A stretch of DNA of 63,994 nt, counting the filler. It is 12 parts of 12 records of this genome, joined end to end, with 100 filler letters (N's around TTAATTAATTAA, not from the genome) between each part and the next. Parts side by side here need not be neighbours in the genome. Positions count along the whole stretch, not along the records: positions 1 to 6,159 come from SRR7504441_17699; positions 6,260 to 13,072 come from SRR7504441_17707; 10 more parts are not named here. One strand, given 5' to 3'. Of the stretch, positions 1 to 11,443 are shown piece after piece. A model generated the notes under the pieces. It did not search any database. It saw only the letters and a list, made by a program, of their open reading frames with translations, and had not been told where the DNA came from. Within the stretch, counting starts at the first letter, position 1. Each line of letters begins with the position of its first letter. Position numbers and translations under genes: made by a program.

Positions 1-1258
1 TTGTCTCATACTCCTGCACCGCCTGCTTCACTGCCTCGGCTGTCAATTCAGACTGTGGACCGGTATCTGTAGCGGCCCCGCCTGCCTGCTTCTCCGGAGC
101 AGCAGTGGCTGGCTTGCATCGTTCCAGCAAGGCCACATGCTCCTCGCGCACCCAGCTCAGCTCGAGCTCCATCGCTCTGCATTCGGCCAGCAGCCAGTCA
201 AACTCGGTACTCATCCGAGCCTCAACTCCGGCCCGAGCCTCCTCCCACCCGCCTGGGCCGCCCCACACTGGCTGGCCTTGCATGTCAGCCTCCAGCTGCT
301 GCAGCGCCGCGCGCTCGGCCTGCCAGTTCGTCTTTTCAGCTTGCAGCTCCTCCACTTCCTGCAGCAGCGCAGCCCTCTCGCTCCACAACTCTTCGAGGTC
401 TTGTTCCCGCTCCTCCTGCTTAATCAGCTGCTGCTCCTCCTGTGCAGGGCTTCGGGGCGACTTGCTCTCTGAGCAGCTGTCCAAGAACCGGGAGGTGGCC
501 AAAAGCTGCCGCCGGGCACTGATGAGCTCCTTGTCCTGGTCCTCCAGCGCCGCCACTGCCTGCCCGTACTTGCCCTCAAGCTCTACCACTTGCGCCCTCA
601 GCTTCTGAATCTCGGTCGCATCAGCCTGCCGCTCCACCTGCCACAGGCTGAATGCCTGTTCCTGGCCGGTAGGCAGCACCTCGCGCTGCCTCAGCTGCTC
701 GGTGAGCACAGCACACGATGCCTCCTGCTCCATCAGCCCTCGCTGCACGCTCTCATCTCCCGCAGTGCCGAAATCGTCAAGCTCTGCTCGGAAGCCTTCG
801 CATCCGGCCGCCATCCCGTCCAGCTCTTGGCTAATCGCGCGCTCCATGCTACTGGCCTGCTGCCCCAGACTAGCACACTGATCCTCCAATGCCCCGAGCC
901 CCTCTTCGCTAGCCGCAAGCTGCTCCGTCAGTCCAGCCCTCGCGCTATTCTCCGCGGCCCCAATCAGCGCAGCCCGCACCCCATCGGCCTCCTCCGCCAT
1001 TTGTTCCGCCTTGGCCCGCTGGGCTGCACTGACGGCCGCCAGCTCTTCGAGTGCAGCGGTGTGCCCCGCGAGGATTTCGCAACGGCTTAGCATCTGCCGG
1101 AGCGCCTGCGCAGTCTCCTCCAACCCCGCCGCCTTTCGCGTGCCTTCTGGCGTCTTGTCGTCCCTTGTGAGCGAGGCCTGCGCGTGGTGCAGCTCCTCCG
1201 TCAACCTTCGGCACTGCTCGAGCTGGGTTTGGACCCTCTGCCCCAGCTGGCCCGCCAT
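1..1258 (-). CDS. Coiled-coil hypothetical protein, 3'-truncated by the window edge
   Basis: An open minus-strand frame runs from ATG 1258 (MAGQLGQRVQTQLEQCRRLTEEL...) towards the window start. It is E/Q/A/L-rich with heptad character. It is absent from the ORF track because it has no stop. Small in-frame introns and a further upstream exon are possible. Confidence 0.65.
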   Translation of the reverse strand, partial: MAGQLGQRVQTQLEQCRRLTEELHHAQASLTRDDKTPEGTRKAAGLEETAQALRQMLSRCEILAGHTAALEELAAVSAAQRAKAEQMAEEADGVRAALIGAAENSARAGLTEQLAASEEGLGALEDQCASLGQQASSMERAISQELDGMAAGCEGFRAELDDFGTAGDESVQRGLMEQEASCAVLTEQLRQREVLPTGQEQAFSLWQVERQADATEIQKLRAQVVELEGKYGQAVAALEDQDKELISARRQLLATSRFLDSCSESKSPRSPAQEEQQLIKQEEREQDLEELWSERAALLQEVEELQAEKTNWQAERAALQQLEADMQGQPVWGGPGGWEEARAGVEARMSTEFDWLLAECRAMELELSWVREEHVALLERCKPATAAPEKQAGGAATDTGPQSELTAEAVKQAVQEYET

Positions 1259-2172
1259 GGCCTCGCACTAGGCCATCCGCCACGCGGTTCGACTCTCCGG
1301 AGCTGTCCGGCGACGGAGTGATACGGACTGCACCGTTGGTAGCTGCATGTGCTACGAGCTTGCAGAGGCGATTTTAATTTAATTATTAATAGTCCTAATT
1401 AATTAAGTATACGTACGTGTTTACCAAAGTACGACTACACTACGACTACACGGACTGCATAACTAAATCGTCCAGTTGAGTAACAATGTAGCTCACATGT
1501 ACACGTCCGCCATGCTCTTGGCGACCTTGGCGACTTTGGACTCATCATGATCATACGCAATCATGATGAATAACATTACAGCGCTAGACGACATTTCAGT
1601 CACTGAAGCATCGGATGGGTGTTGCTGAATATTCATCTTTCTGTTAACCGGCTCAAAGCTCGTCCCTTCGACCCCGTGGCTTTGGTGCCTCAGGTGCCAC
1701 GGTCCTTGCAGCCATGTAGCCAAGCTCGACAGCCCTCATTCCCTTGAACTGAAGCTTTATGTTTCCGCTTGGCCTTCCATGCCTTCCAAACTTGTGCACA
1801 ATGTTCGATTCAGCAACAAATAAGAAATCGCCAGAGGAAGCCATGCCCTTAGCGCTCATGCCACGTGAGACCACGTGAGCCACTCGGTCCCCTCCCACCG
1901 CTGCAACGGCAGACACCGCATTTTTGCTATGTTTGGCATTGCTGATTGTCAGACTTCAGTTCGCGAGCGCCGGCGCTATAACTCGCGCAGTCGGGCCACT
2001 ACGCGCGTACGTCGATGGTACTTACGTCGACGTCTGACGCAATTTAAAGTATGAGACTTTTGCCGAATAATGTAACATTACATATAATCGAGAAGGCAAT
2101 GACGTGATGCGAGAACGTCTTATTACAATCATGTAACTCCATTTGTACATGTACAATCAAGTAGTGCTCAAG

Positions 2173-3358
2173 CTAACCAACTAGCTTGGGCATCACACTG
2201 ATATTACACTCGACTCGAGCTCTCTTTCTCATCTTGCTCGACGTGGCTTGGTTAGCATCGACAGCCCACCTCAGCCCGAGCTCACAACCCACACGTAGCC
2301 GCTCCGGCTGTGAAAGGGATAGTCCACCGGCGTTCTGATAGAAGCCAGTCTGATCCTTTTGGAGCATGTAGCTCAATTCTAGAGTGTGGAATACGATTGG
2401 CGGTAGTCCCCAGTCTACGTTACGGTGAGCCTGCCAGACGCTCCTGTCGATCTTCCGGAGCTGTGACTGTTGACGCTTCTTACCCATCACTTTGGATGCC
2501 TTGAACAGCGTGCAGTGAGGCGTCCACCCCTTGCAGCTGAACCCTGCCTCGGCCAGCCCTTCTTGCTCAAACCTTCCTGGCCAATCAGTGCCAGCCGCTA
2601 GCCACAAGACCTGCTGTGCACCGCCGCCGCAAACTTGCCTAGCTGTTGCTTGTGTGAGTCTGGCACCACTGCCGCATACAGCGTGGCCTGACCGAAGCTG
2701 TCGAGCCCTCGCATGGTGCACTGGGCTGGCGCCATAGCAGAGAAGAAGCCCGCTACGAGCTCAGCACAGCTCGCCAGCACCTGCCGTCGGGTGAGCAACC
2801 GGCACCGGCCTGACTGGCCTGCTGGGCGCGCGCCAGCTGGTCGGGGCTGTGCAGACCCATGACGAACAGCGTGAGGTGCGCGCTCTCGACCGGCACTGCC
2901 ATCGGCCGCAGCCCGGGCGCCGCCGACAACAGCTCGGACTGCACCCTCCGAAGACCGGCCATCAGCCCGGGATGGTCCGCCAGCCGCAGGCTCACAAAGT
3001 AGTTTGGCCGAACCCGCTTGCCTGGGCTGCTCGCTGCCGGTAGCGGGGCTGGTAGCGGGGCTGGCGGTTCTGCCCAGCTGGCCAGCATGGCTGCACGCAC
3101 CACATCGGTCGCTGCAGATGATGCAGGCCCGCCGATGGTCAGGCCGGCGGCCTCACGGACCAGCAGAGCCTCGGCCGCCGCCCGAACGGCCGGGTCAGTG
3201 GCCTGAGCGGCCTTGCCCACCGCGGCGGCCGCTGCGAGCAGCAGCCGGGCGCGCAGCTGCTGGTCATTGCCCTCAGGGCTGCACCCAGCCCGCACAGCCG
3301 CGCGCTCCAGCTCGGCCCGGCCCCACGCCTCGACAGCCACGCCGGCGGGCGACCTCAT
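2173..3358 (-). CDS. AKAP7-like 2H phosphoesterase (2',5'-phosphodiesterase-like) with N-terminal SAP-like motif; 2 introns
   Basis: Motifs RPNYFVSLRL, HLTL and PHCTLFK (two HxT motifs). Two 38-nt introns, one GC-AG near 2781-2818 and one GT-AG near 2573-2610, join three ORF-track pieces in frame. Confidence 0.85.
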
Positions 3359-3425
3359 GGCGTGGCTGTGCTCCAGGGACCTTGGGGGAGAGGCAGGTGC
3401 AGTTGTTGCCGTTAGATCAGACAGC

Positions 3426-5087
3426 ATGGATACGGGCGATGATACCACCGATCAGCCCACTGAGGCGGTAGAGCAAGCGGACGCGCCGGCGGCTCAGGCT
3501 GAGAATCCGGCGGCCGAGGAGGAGGCGATGGACTGGGCCGAGGACGACGAGGAGACCGACTCGCTCCGTCGGCAGAGCTCGGCCGCCCAGCAGGCGTACG
3601 AGGCCGCGCTGGCCGAGGAGCGACTCAAGAACCAGAAGCGGTACGGCACGCCTGCTCCTCGGCCGGGTGCGGGACGAGCTGCGGGCCAGGGCCGAGCGGT
3701 TCGGGGTGCCGGTGGTCGAGCCCAAGCCCGCCAGGGTAATGGGCACCAAGCGGGCGGCTGTGCGGGAGGGATTCGTCACTGGGATCAATTTCACTGACCA
3801 GGCCGAGGCCGCGCGCCGGAAGGCCAGGGCCGAACGGTTTGGGAGCGACACGCTCGAAGTGCGCACCGCCAACAAGATCGCCGAGGAGGTGGCCGGCTCG
3901 CCTGGGTGTGGGCGAGTGGCGCGGGCAGCGGCTGGAGTCGACCGCCGAGGTGGCGCGGTGCGCGGCCCGGGCCTCCAGGTTCGGGATCGACGAGGTGAAC
4001 TCAGGCCGGATGGAGGCGCGGCTGCCGGTCAGGCTGGGCCGAGCGGCGGGCAGATGGACGTGCTGGAGGCCAAGCGCAAGGTCGACAGCGAACTCGAGGA
4101 GCCGCGAGAGCTGGCCGTCCACCTGTGCGGCCGGGGCCGGCTGGGCTGAGCGGCCGGGCAGGCACGGGATCGACGCCATGTCCACCCAGGACATTCTGCG
4201 ATACTTTGACGGTGCGGGGCCTAAGTTTGGGGACTGACGCGGTCGAGCCAGGGTACGGCCCTTCGTGGGTCGAGTGGATAAACGACTCGTCGTGCAACGT
4301 GGTGTTCGAGGACGCCCCGTCGGTGCTCCGGGTGCTGCATGTGTGCGCCATCCCACCGGACAACGACGAGAGCATGATCGAGCAAGATCCGCTCGTCTGG
4401 CGTGAGGCAGTCCCTTTCGTCAGGAGGAATGGCGAACAGGCCCGCCCAGCCGGCGACCGCTCGGGCTAGCGGGGGGCATGCAGGTGCCGATAGACATGCG
4501 CCAGGCCACCTCGCTGGATGTTCGGCCTGAGAGGCCCAACCCCAACTCGGCCTGGGCTCGCTCGCTCCAGGTGTGCTGCGACCCCCACTGCTGCATGACT
4601 CGGGTGGCAGAGGAAGCACAAGCAGAACCAGAGCCGCGGGCGGGCCAATAGAAAACGCCGGCATCGGGAGGATCGGGAGCAGGAGTACTACGAGGAGGAG
4701 GAGGAGGAGGAGGAGGGAGAGGAGCAGTCTAAGCGGGCCCGAACGGAGGTGCTGTGACTGGCGAGGCTGGGCGAGCTGGGGCAGGGGGCAGACGGAGAGG
4801 AGAGCGAGCGGCAGATGAAGCTTAGCTCCGATGATGCCAAGGCGATGGCCTCGATGCTCGGGCGGGACCTGAGGGCAATCATATCGCAACGCAAGCAGGA
4901 GGTACGAGGCGTTGGAGCTGAGTGCGGAGCCTGAGTGGTTGGGCAGGAGGTGGCGCCACAAGCCGCCCAAGACGAGGAGATGGGCGAGCAGGACGGCGCT
5001 GTGGACGGAGAAGAGCCTGCGGATGAAACAAAGGAGCCGGAACCGGCCGTGCAGGAAGATCATGAGGAAGATGACGACGAGCTGTGA
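3426..5087 (+). CDS. NCBP3: Nuclear cap-binding protein subunit 3-like; multi-exon
   Basis: RARAERFG occurs twice, plus GFVTGINF and the spliced RRM-like segment AVHL|HGIDAMSTQDILRYFD|GYGPSWVEWINDSSCNVVFED. The C-terminus is acidic and R-rich; stop TGA 5085-5087. Confidence 0.88.
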
Positions 5088-5466
5088 TGCTTGAGATCAT
5101 CTTACCACTATAATCATCTTATGGTCTAGGATGTGTTCTAGGACAGATCTAGCCAGTCCGCGAGGCCATGTGTGTGCATCACAACTCATTGTTACAATCA
5201 ATCAGCGCCAACAATAAAGTATTCTGTGTATCCGGCCGCGATCGAGAGTCGCTGGAGCTGGCCGTTGGGCACCCGGCGGATCAGACCGAGCCCGCCAGCG
5301 GTCGAGTCGCCCGCCGCCAGCCCGCACGTCAACCCGAGCAAGGACAAGAAGCGCATCACGCACACGCTCTCATGGCGAGGCGAGAGGTGGCCCAGTGCCT
5401 CCAGTATCAAAGGAGCCGTTACACCTCAACTGGGCCTGCGCTGAGTACACTCACTGTGCAGCCAGC

Positions 5467-6159
5467 ATGCCGGTGGGCACAAGGAACGCCCCTGTGGACC
5501 TGACCGGCGACACCCCGCCTGAGGTCCAGCCGTCACCGTTCAAGAAGCCCCGACTGTTCAGCTCGCCCCGGCTCCAGGCGCCCGCTCCGGCCGCTGGCAG
5601 CTCAGCCGCCCCTCCAGGAGCAACAGCTCACTGCCGAGCAGCGCCTGCGCAAGTACGAGGCCGAGCTGTACCGATGCCAGGACGCGCTCAGGCAGGAATG
5701 CCGCCGGAGTGCCAACCTGCTCAAGAAGGCGACCACGCCGCTGCCAGGCCTGGTTGAGTTTGCCGGCGGCAGGTGGCGCGTCTCGACATGCAGGCCAACC
5801 AGCGGGACCCGGCTGACGCGCCAGCTCCGACAGTGGTGCGCCCGGGGTGCCCGGGGTGAGTACAGCTGACTGGGCGGCAGCGGGTAAAGCAAGAGCCCGG
5901 CGAGATATGCGAGCGACCAGGGCCGACCGACGAGACAGCAGCCAGCAAGGTCCGAGCGCTCCAAGCCGAGCTGCGCGCCGCACAGGCCTCTGAGGGCAAG
6001 GCGGTGGCGGCGGCCAAAGCAGCGACTGATAAGGCCGCAACATTGGAGGGCGAGCTCAAGGCGATGAAGATGAATACCAGCAGGGCAGACGCAGCTGCCG
6101 CCAAAGCAAATGCTGCCATAGCCAAGGCAGAGGCAGCGGCCAAGGCAGCAACTGACAAG
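5467..6159 (+). CDS. Hypothetical Ala/Lys-rich coiled-coil protein, spliced, truncated at contig end
   Basis: MPVGTRNAPVDLTGDTPPEVQPSPFKKPRL... continues through short introns to AAAKAATDK repeats that run into the linker. The start is uncertain. Confidence 0.5.
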
Positions 6160-6259
6160 NNNNNNNNNNNNNNNNNNNNNNNNNNNNNNNNNNNNNNNNN
6201 NNNTTAATTAATTAANNNNNNNNNNNNNNNNNNNNNNNNNNNNNNNNNNNNNNNNNNNN
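6160..6259. other. Artificial contig linker
   Basis: N44-TTAATTAATTAA-N44, with stops in all six frames. Confidence 0.99.
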
Positions 6260-6683
6260 CGGCCCGGCGCCCGGGCTGCCTGGAGCCCGGTGATGTCCCT
6301 CTCTACTTGCTCCAGTTTGCCCATCAGCTCTGGCCGCGCCGTCAGGAGGTGCGGCAGGTCTATCAGCCACGCGCTGGAGGGGATCGTGCCCAACCAACCG
6401 GCGCCAGGCTGGCGGCTCTAGCCTGGGGCGCGGCTCACCGAGCAGCGCGTGGTGCTTGGCGCTTACCTGCTCGCACAGCCTGCTCCCAGTCAGCCAGTGG
6501 CCGCCCCTTGCGCGCACCGCTCAGCCTCGCCGCTCATACTTTGCCGCTCATACTTACTCGGCGCTCACTCAAGGTGGCCACTGGCCATTGGTCGGTTGCG
6601 CAAGCAACGGACATTCAATGGACATCTGCTGAAATGTCAGTCATGATCAGTAACGCTATCATATTTACGGTGGTCAACAATAT

Positions 6684-7841
6684 TTATTCAGCATACTCAG
6701 CCAATAAGTCATCCTCGGCCAACAAGTCATCCTCAAGATCAGACGAGGTGGGATAATCATCCTCATCAAAGCTAAAATCCTGACTGAAAGTCCGATCCGT
6801 GCCTGTCTCAACCTCAAGTGTCCAGCCGTCCCCTATTGTAACCACTACGCTCCGACAGATTCTAGTCGCCGAGTCCTTCTCGAGCTTGACCTCCGTGTCG
6901 GACGCCACATTCATCTGAGCCTTCGGTTCTAGATTGAAGCTACAACTCCGATGCATTTGGAACTTGCTCACTGGCCCAATATTGACGGTACTGCACGCCC
7001 CCAACACCACTGTGCCCTCGCGCTCGCTGCTGAAATTGGTCTGCGCTCGGAGCATGAGGCTGGCATCGCATTCGAGCGTCAGGCTGGTGGAAGCCCCCAG
7101 CTCCAACGACGCCTGCTGCTCGAGCGCAAACTGGGCATTTCGATGCACACACAGCTTGGCAGCCTGACCGAGCCTCAGCTGAGCTCCAGCTGCCAGACTG
7201 AACTCGGCGCCCGTCTCCACTAGCACCACTGCGCCCTTCTCCATCTTGAGCGCAGCCCCAGCGCATACTGACACCCGGGCGCCGTCCGCGATAGTAATCC
7301 CTTCAGCTCTGGCTAGTAGCTGCCTGCCATTCAGCGTGGCCTCCCGGTCCACGCAGCAGCCCGCCGGCCAGCCTCCCTCAAGCTTGCCCTCCGCCACAGC
7401 AGGCTGCTCACACGGGCTGGCCCGCGCACCGCTCACTATCTGCCCCTCTGTACACGCCTGCGAATCAGCCGCACTGGCGTCCACCGCATTGCCTGCTGGG
7501 GTGCACTGATCGAACGTCAGTCTGCGGACCACTCCGGGGCCAGGCTGAGCCTCCTGGTCCGACCCCGACTCCCTGTGCTCGTCCTCCGAGGACGAGGTCG
7601 ACGGGGGGGTTTGCCATCCATCGTCCGGGTCAAAGAACCGGTCATAGTCGTCCGCCGGGTAGACCTCCGGCGCTGTCTCTGCGAACCGGACCCGCCGGAC
7701 CCCAGGCACAAGCGGGGGCTGCCAGTGACTGAGCGCGGGGGGCTGTGCCCGACGGGTGCCAAGGATCTCGTCACCGCACAGGGTCGGCGGGCCACGGCCG
7801 GCGGTCAGTCCGTCCCACTCCTTGGAGCAGTCGCAGCCCAT
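6684..7841 (-). CDS. Predicted lipid-anchored protein with a PP1-docking motif and beta-solenoid repeats
   Basis: Single ORF. The N-terminus is MGCDCSK, followed by RRVRFAETAPEVYPADDYDR. The C-terminal half has 8-residue periodic repeats (GARVSVCA GAALKMEK GAVVLVET GAEFSLAA GAQLRLGQ...). Confidence 0.75.
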   Translation of the reverse strand: MGCDCSKEWDGLTAGRGPPTLCGDEILGTRRAQPPALSHWQPPLVPGVRRVRFAETAPEVYPADDYDRFFDPDDGWQTPPSTSSSEDEHRESGSDQEAQPGPGVVRRLTFDQCTPAGNAVDASAADSQACTEGQIVSGARASPCEQPAVAEGKLEGGWPAGCCVDREATLNGRQLLARAEGITIADGARVSVCAGAALKMEKGAVVLVETGAEFSLAAGAQLRLGQAAKLCVHRNAQFALEQQASLELGASTSLTLECDASLMLRAQTNFSSEREGTVVLGACSTVNIGPVSKFQMHRSCSFNLEPKAQMNVASDTEVKLEKDSATRICRSVVVTIGDGWTLEVETGTDRTFSQDFSFDEDDYPTSSDLEDDLLAEDDLLAEYAE

Positions 7842-7964
7842 GCGCACCCAGGCTTATGTCACGACTCGTCACTGGCCCGTGTCCTGCGCAACTGCATTGG
7901 AGTTGAACAAGCCAGAAAACAAAACGTTATTCGACTCAGACTGGCGAGAGGCTCTTGCGTCACC

Positions 7965-9155
7965 ATGATGGTCCGGACTCTGCTGCTGGGCTGCTGGGCG
8001 CTAGCGCTGGCGTGGGCCGGCCCGCCTGTGGACCAGAGCCTGTGCCCAGCGTCGAGCCGCCCCTGCCCGTCCCCGTGCCCACCCAACAAGCCCCCGCGAA
8101 CGAACTCGTTCGATGCACACACGTGCCCTGCTGCCCGGGCACCCGAGCCAGCTAGGCGGCCAGGTACAACATGGCCAGTCCGGACTACAACCGGATGCAG
8201 CAGGGGCTGGTCGAGGTGCTTCAGCAGGACGATCAGTTCCGGACCCACACCATTTTCTTCGAAAACCCCAAGCTGATCAGGATGCAGCTCCAGCGTGAGA
8301 ACGCTGCCCACCCCCAGGGCTAACCGGCGCATTCGGCAGCCTTCTGCTGCCACAGCGACGACGAAGTTAAGACAATGGAGAAAAGCGTAGAGAAATGGGG
8401 CTGGTCGTCTCTCAGAGACCTCAAATACGGGGTGAGACAAGCCTCGGCACCAATTGACCTTTGCCAGAACATCTCGTGCGCACCAGCAATCAGGATGACG
8501 AACGGACAACCCTATCCCGAAGGTGGCAGTTGTCCCGAAACCTACCCCCTGAGCCGGCCGGCAGGCGCCCGCTCGCTGGACGTTGGTGTGGACTCCGCCT
8601 CTCACGCGAGTCTCCTCCGGTTGACACGAATGATCCGCCATTACTCCAGCAGGGAAACTGGTGAACGCGACGAGCGTGGCTGTCGTGACTGTGCTGTCCA
8701 GGCATCGAGATCGAACCTAGAATAAGGAAATTCACAATGTGAGCCTCGTGGGGTTGTCAGCTGCTTGATTGCCTGAACGGTTCAGGCGGATTGCTATAGT
8801 CGATGACGAATTTGACATGCCTCGAGCGCTGGCGACGGTGTCACCCAGCCCATTCGCTCCTGAAGCGTGTTGCCCATAGTTGCAGAGGAAACTGGATTCG
8901 ATGGGCAACATCAGCCTTTCCTACGTTCAATCCTTCCAGGCAAGCCTTGCAAGGCGATCTGCCCATGATAATATTCGCTGTTTCAGTTTGGCAAGGCGTC
9001 TATGCACTCGAGAGGCTAAGGAGCGTCGACTCAGCGTGTCTCAGAAGCTCGAGGGTCCAGTCATGCACATGCCGTGCGTCGAGTATTGTGCAAAGGTCCT
9101 ATTCCGTCCTAAGGAGCAAAGCGCGACATATTTGCATACAAGATGCTGCTTGTAA
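7965..9155 (+). CDS. Secreted hypothetical protein, multi-exon; 3' end uncertain
   Basis: Signal peptide MMVRTLLLGCWALALAWA, a Pro/Cys-rich linker, then exons such as MASPDYNRMQQGLVEVLQQDDQFRTHTIFFENP and EVKTMEKSVEKWGWSSL separated by introns of about 40 nt. Confidence 0.5.
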
Positions 9156-9181
9156 TTGCATATACAGGTCTACCACCTCGA

Positions 9182-9748
9182 TTAAAAACAACTAATGCGC
9201 ACGATTTCATGCCCGGCTGCCGGTATTAGACCGACCGTTTTATTTAATCGGGTGATGCACTCCTGGCTACCCTGCCCGCCTGCCCTGAGATCTGATCGAA
9301 CGCAAAGAGCCCGAAGAGCCAGGCGACTCCGCCTAACTTGATATAAACCTGCGTGCGCGATTCCAGGTACGGCGGGCCCTGCCCCTCGGGCAGTGAGTGC
9401 GCCCAGCCCACTGACAGCGGCCACCTTCACCAGCTTGGCGTGGAACCGCCTGCACCACTCCGGCGTCGACGGGTCCTCGCCGCGCGGGTCCACTCCATAC
9501 TGCCGCGGCGGCCCCTTTCGGGCGAGGTCGATGGCGGCGCGGGCCATCGGGTCTTCCAGCACTCGATAAGCGCGCGATGCAGCCACGAACTTTGCATGAT
9601 CCCCTGTGGCCCGGTCCGGATGCCAGCGGTTGGCCTGCACCCGAGTCGGCCGTGCAGCCAGCCTGCCCACCTCTCGCAGGTAGGCCGCCCGGATCTCCCC
9701 CCGGGAGGCCGCCCGGCCCACCCGGAGAACACTGTACGGGCAGGCCAT
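9182..9748 (-). CDS. DnaJ (J-domain) protein
   Basis: MACPYSVLRVGRAASRGEIRAAY...RWHPDR...KFVAASRAYRVLED contains the HPD motif. In-frame short introns are likely, and the 3' end is approximate. Confidence 0.85.
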   Translation of the reverse strand: MACPYSVLRVGRAASRGEIRAAYLREVGRLAARPTRVQANRWHPDRATGDHAKFVAASRAYRVLEDPMARAAIDLARKGPPRQYGVDPRGEDPSTPEWCRRFHAKLVKVAAVSGLGALTARGAGPAVPGIAHAGLYQVRRSRLALRALCVRSDLRAGGQGSQECITRLNKTVGLIPAAGHEIVRISCF

Positions 9749-9861
9749 GACCCTGGCGACCCGCTCAGGACCGGGGGCGAGCTGCTGGTGCTGCCGCAAT
9801 AAAATAAAGAGAAAAATAAAATTGACCGGTCGCGATACGACCAGTAATAGCCTTGGCCGGT

Positions 9862-11443
9862 ATGCAGGGGATCCCGGCCGGAGAGCGACCCAAGGGGCTG
9901 GAGGCGGCGCCGGCGCACGGGAGCCTGGACCTGCCGGACGTTCCGTTCGAGCTGGACGACATGTCGAGCGGGTCCAGCCTGTGCGAGGAGGACGCCGGGC
10001 TCGAGGCTCAGTTCGACCGGATGGACGAGCAGCAGCACGGCCCGGCGGAGCCCGCGGCTCCCAGCCCGTTCTGTCAACCGGAATCGCCGGTCACCCTGCC
10101 CCAGATACCCCAGCCGGCGTTCAAACACAAGCGGCGCAGGAGGGGCCGGGTGGGGGTGGGGGTCCCCCCGAGCCTTCAGAAACAGAAGTGCTTCTCGACG
10201 GTATGGCGCACGGCCCGGTGAGGAAAAATGGCCACTGGCTCGGCTCACCTTTGGGGGCAGGTCCAACCTGGAGGGGGTTGGCCCAGTTTGCCCCGGGAGC
10301 CACAGGCTCAAGGGAGCCACACTGCTCCTGGCCAAGGGCGACGTCTCCAACTCCCCAAGCTACACTAGAGCACTGCCCGAGCTCGAGCGAAGGGGCGCGG
10401 CACCCCAGCCGGCCGAGTGGTGGCTTGGCTCCGCCGCAGATGAACCAATGCAAGACTACGACGCATGCCTGAGCTCGGCTGAAGCAGCTGAGGAACTGTG
10501 GCGTCAGCTACGGCGGCGCTTCCGTACATCCGGTGCGCTGTTCCAAATGGGCGACATCAACAGAGATAATAAATTGTCATGGACAGAGTTCAAGCAGGTA
10601 GTGGCGATGACCGGCTTGCGTCCAGTACCCCCAGACGCCGTTCTAAGAGTGCTCTTTGGAATGAAGGATGGTGATAATTCTGGATACTTAGAATTCGGCG
10701 AGCTGCTTCAGGCGCCGCCGCGACCAAGGCCCACCGTCCCTGTGCTGTCAAGACCACCAAAAGTGTGTCCAAAGCAGCGTGAAGCTCCTGCTGGACTGAA
10801 TCACACCATGGCAATGCGCCGCGAGGCTCTATTGCAAGAGGAGCAACGCTTGAATGAGATAAAGACAGTAACAAAAACCCCAAGCGCGCATGTTCCGGAG
10901 GGGCAGCAGCGCTTTAAAGTTCAGACACCACCTGTGGATAATGGCAACCAGCGCCTAATGATTGGCTTGCCTTGTGGCATAGCCCAAGGGATCGTTGATC
11001 GGAAGACTGGCTCGATGCTGCCTGCAAACTATCGAGGCTCATCTCTATTGTTTAAGAGCCTCAGGGCCCGAGTCTCGTCTGAGTATGCATCCATGCCCGA
11101 TCCATTTGCAGATGAAAACACGGAGCTTGGCATTCTCTCAGGGCTGAGCCCATTCAGACTTGATGCGCTCCGAAGACGCTGGTTCCAAGTAATGATACAC
11201 TCAGGGCCACGCGCAGGGATGGTAGACCTGAATGGCTTCCGCAAGATGTACCAAGCTGCTGGCATTCAGAACCCTGCGCTAACAGGGGCAATCTTCAATT
11301 TTCTGGACAGGTCAGGATACAACGCAGTGCTATTCAGACAGCTTGTAGCTAGCACACTGCTCTTCAGTGGCAGGTGTGAATCCATGCACCGGCACTCTTC
11401 CGAGTCAAACACCACGCTAGTTATTTGCAGCGATGGATGCTGA
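9862..11443 (+). CDS. EF-hand calcium-binding protein, probably spliced from a first exon at 9862
   Basis: EF loops DINRDNKLSWTE, DGDNSGYLEFGE and a degenerate DRSGYNAVLFRQ lie in ORF 10448-11443. That frame is open upstream of 10448, so linkage to the 9862-10221 ORF is inferred. Confidence 0.7.

Noticed and set aside
105-1271. Many long antisense or overlapping ORFs in the track, here and throughout
   Set aside because: These are shadow ORFs expected from high GC and codon bias on the opposite strand, with no motifs.
1493-1938. Short minus-strand ORFs between two AT-rich spacers
   Set aside because: Possibly a small spliced gene, but I could not build a consistent model or find any motif.
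6260-6537. Minus-strand gene fragment at the contig start
   Set aside because: Too short and truncated to support a model or product.
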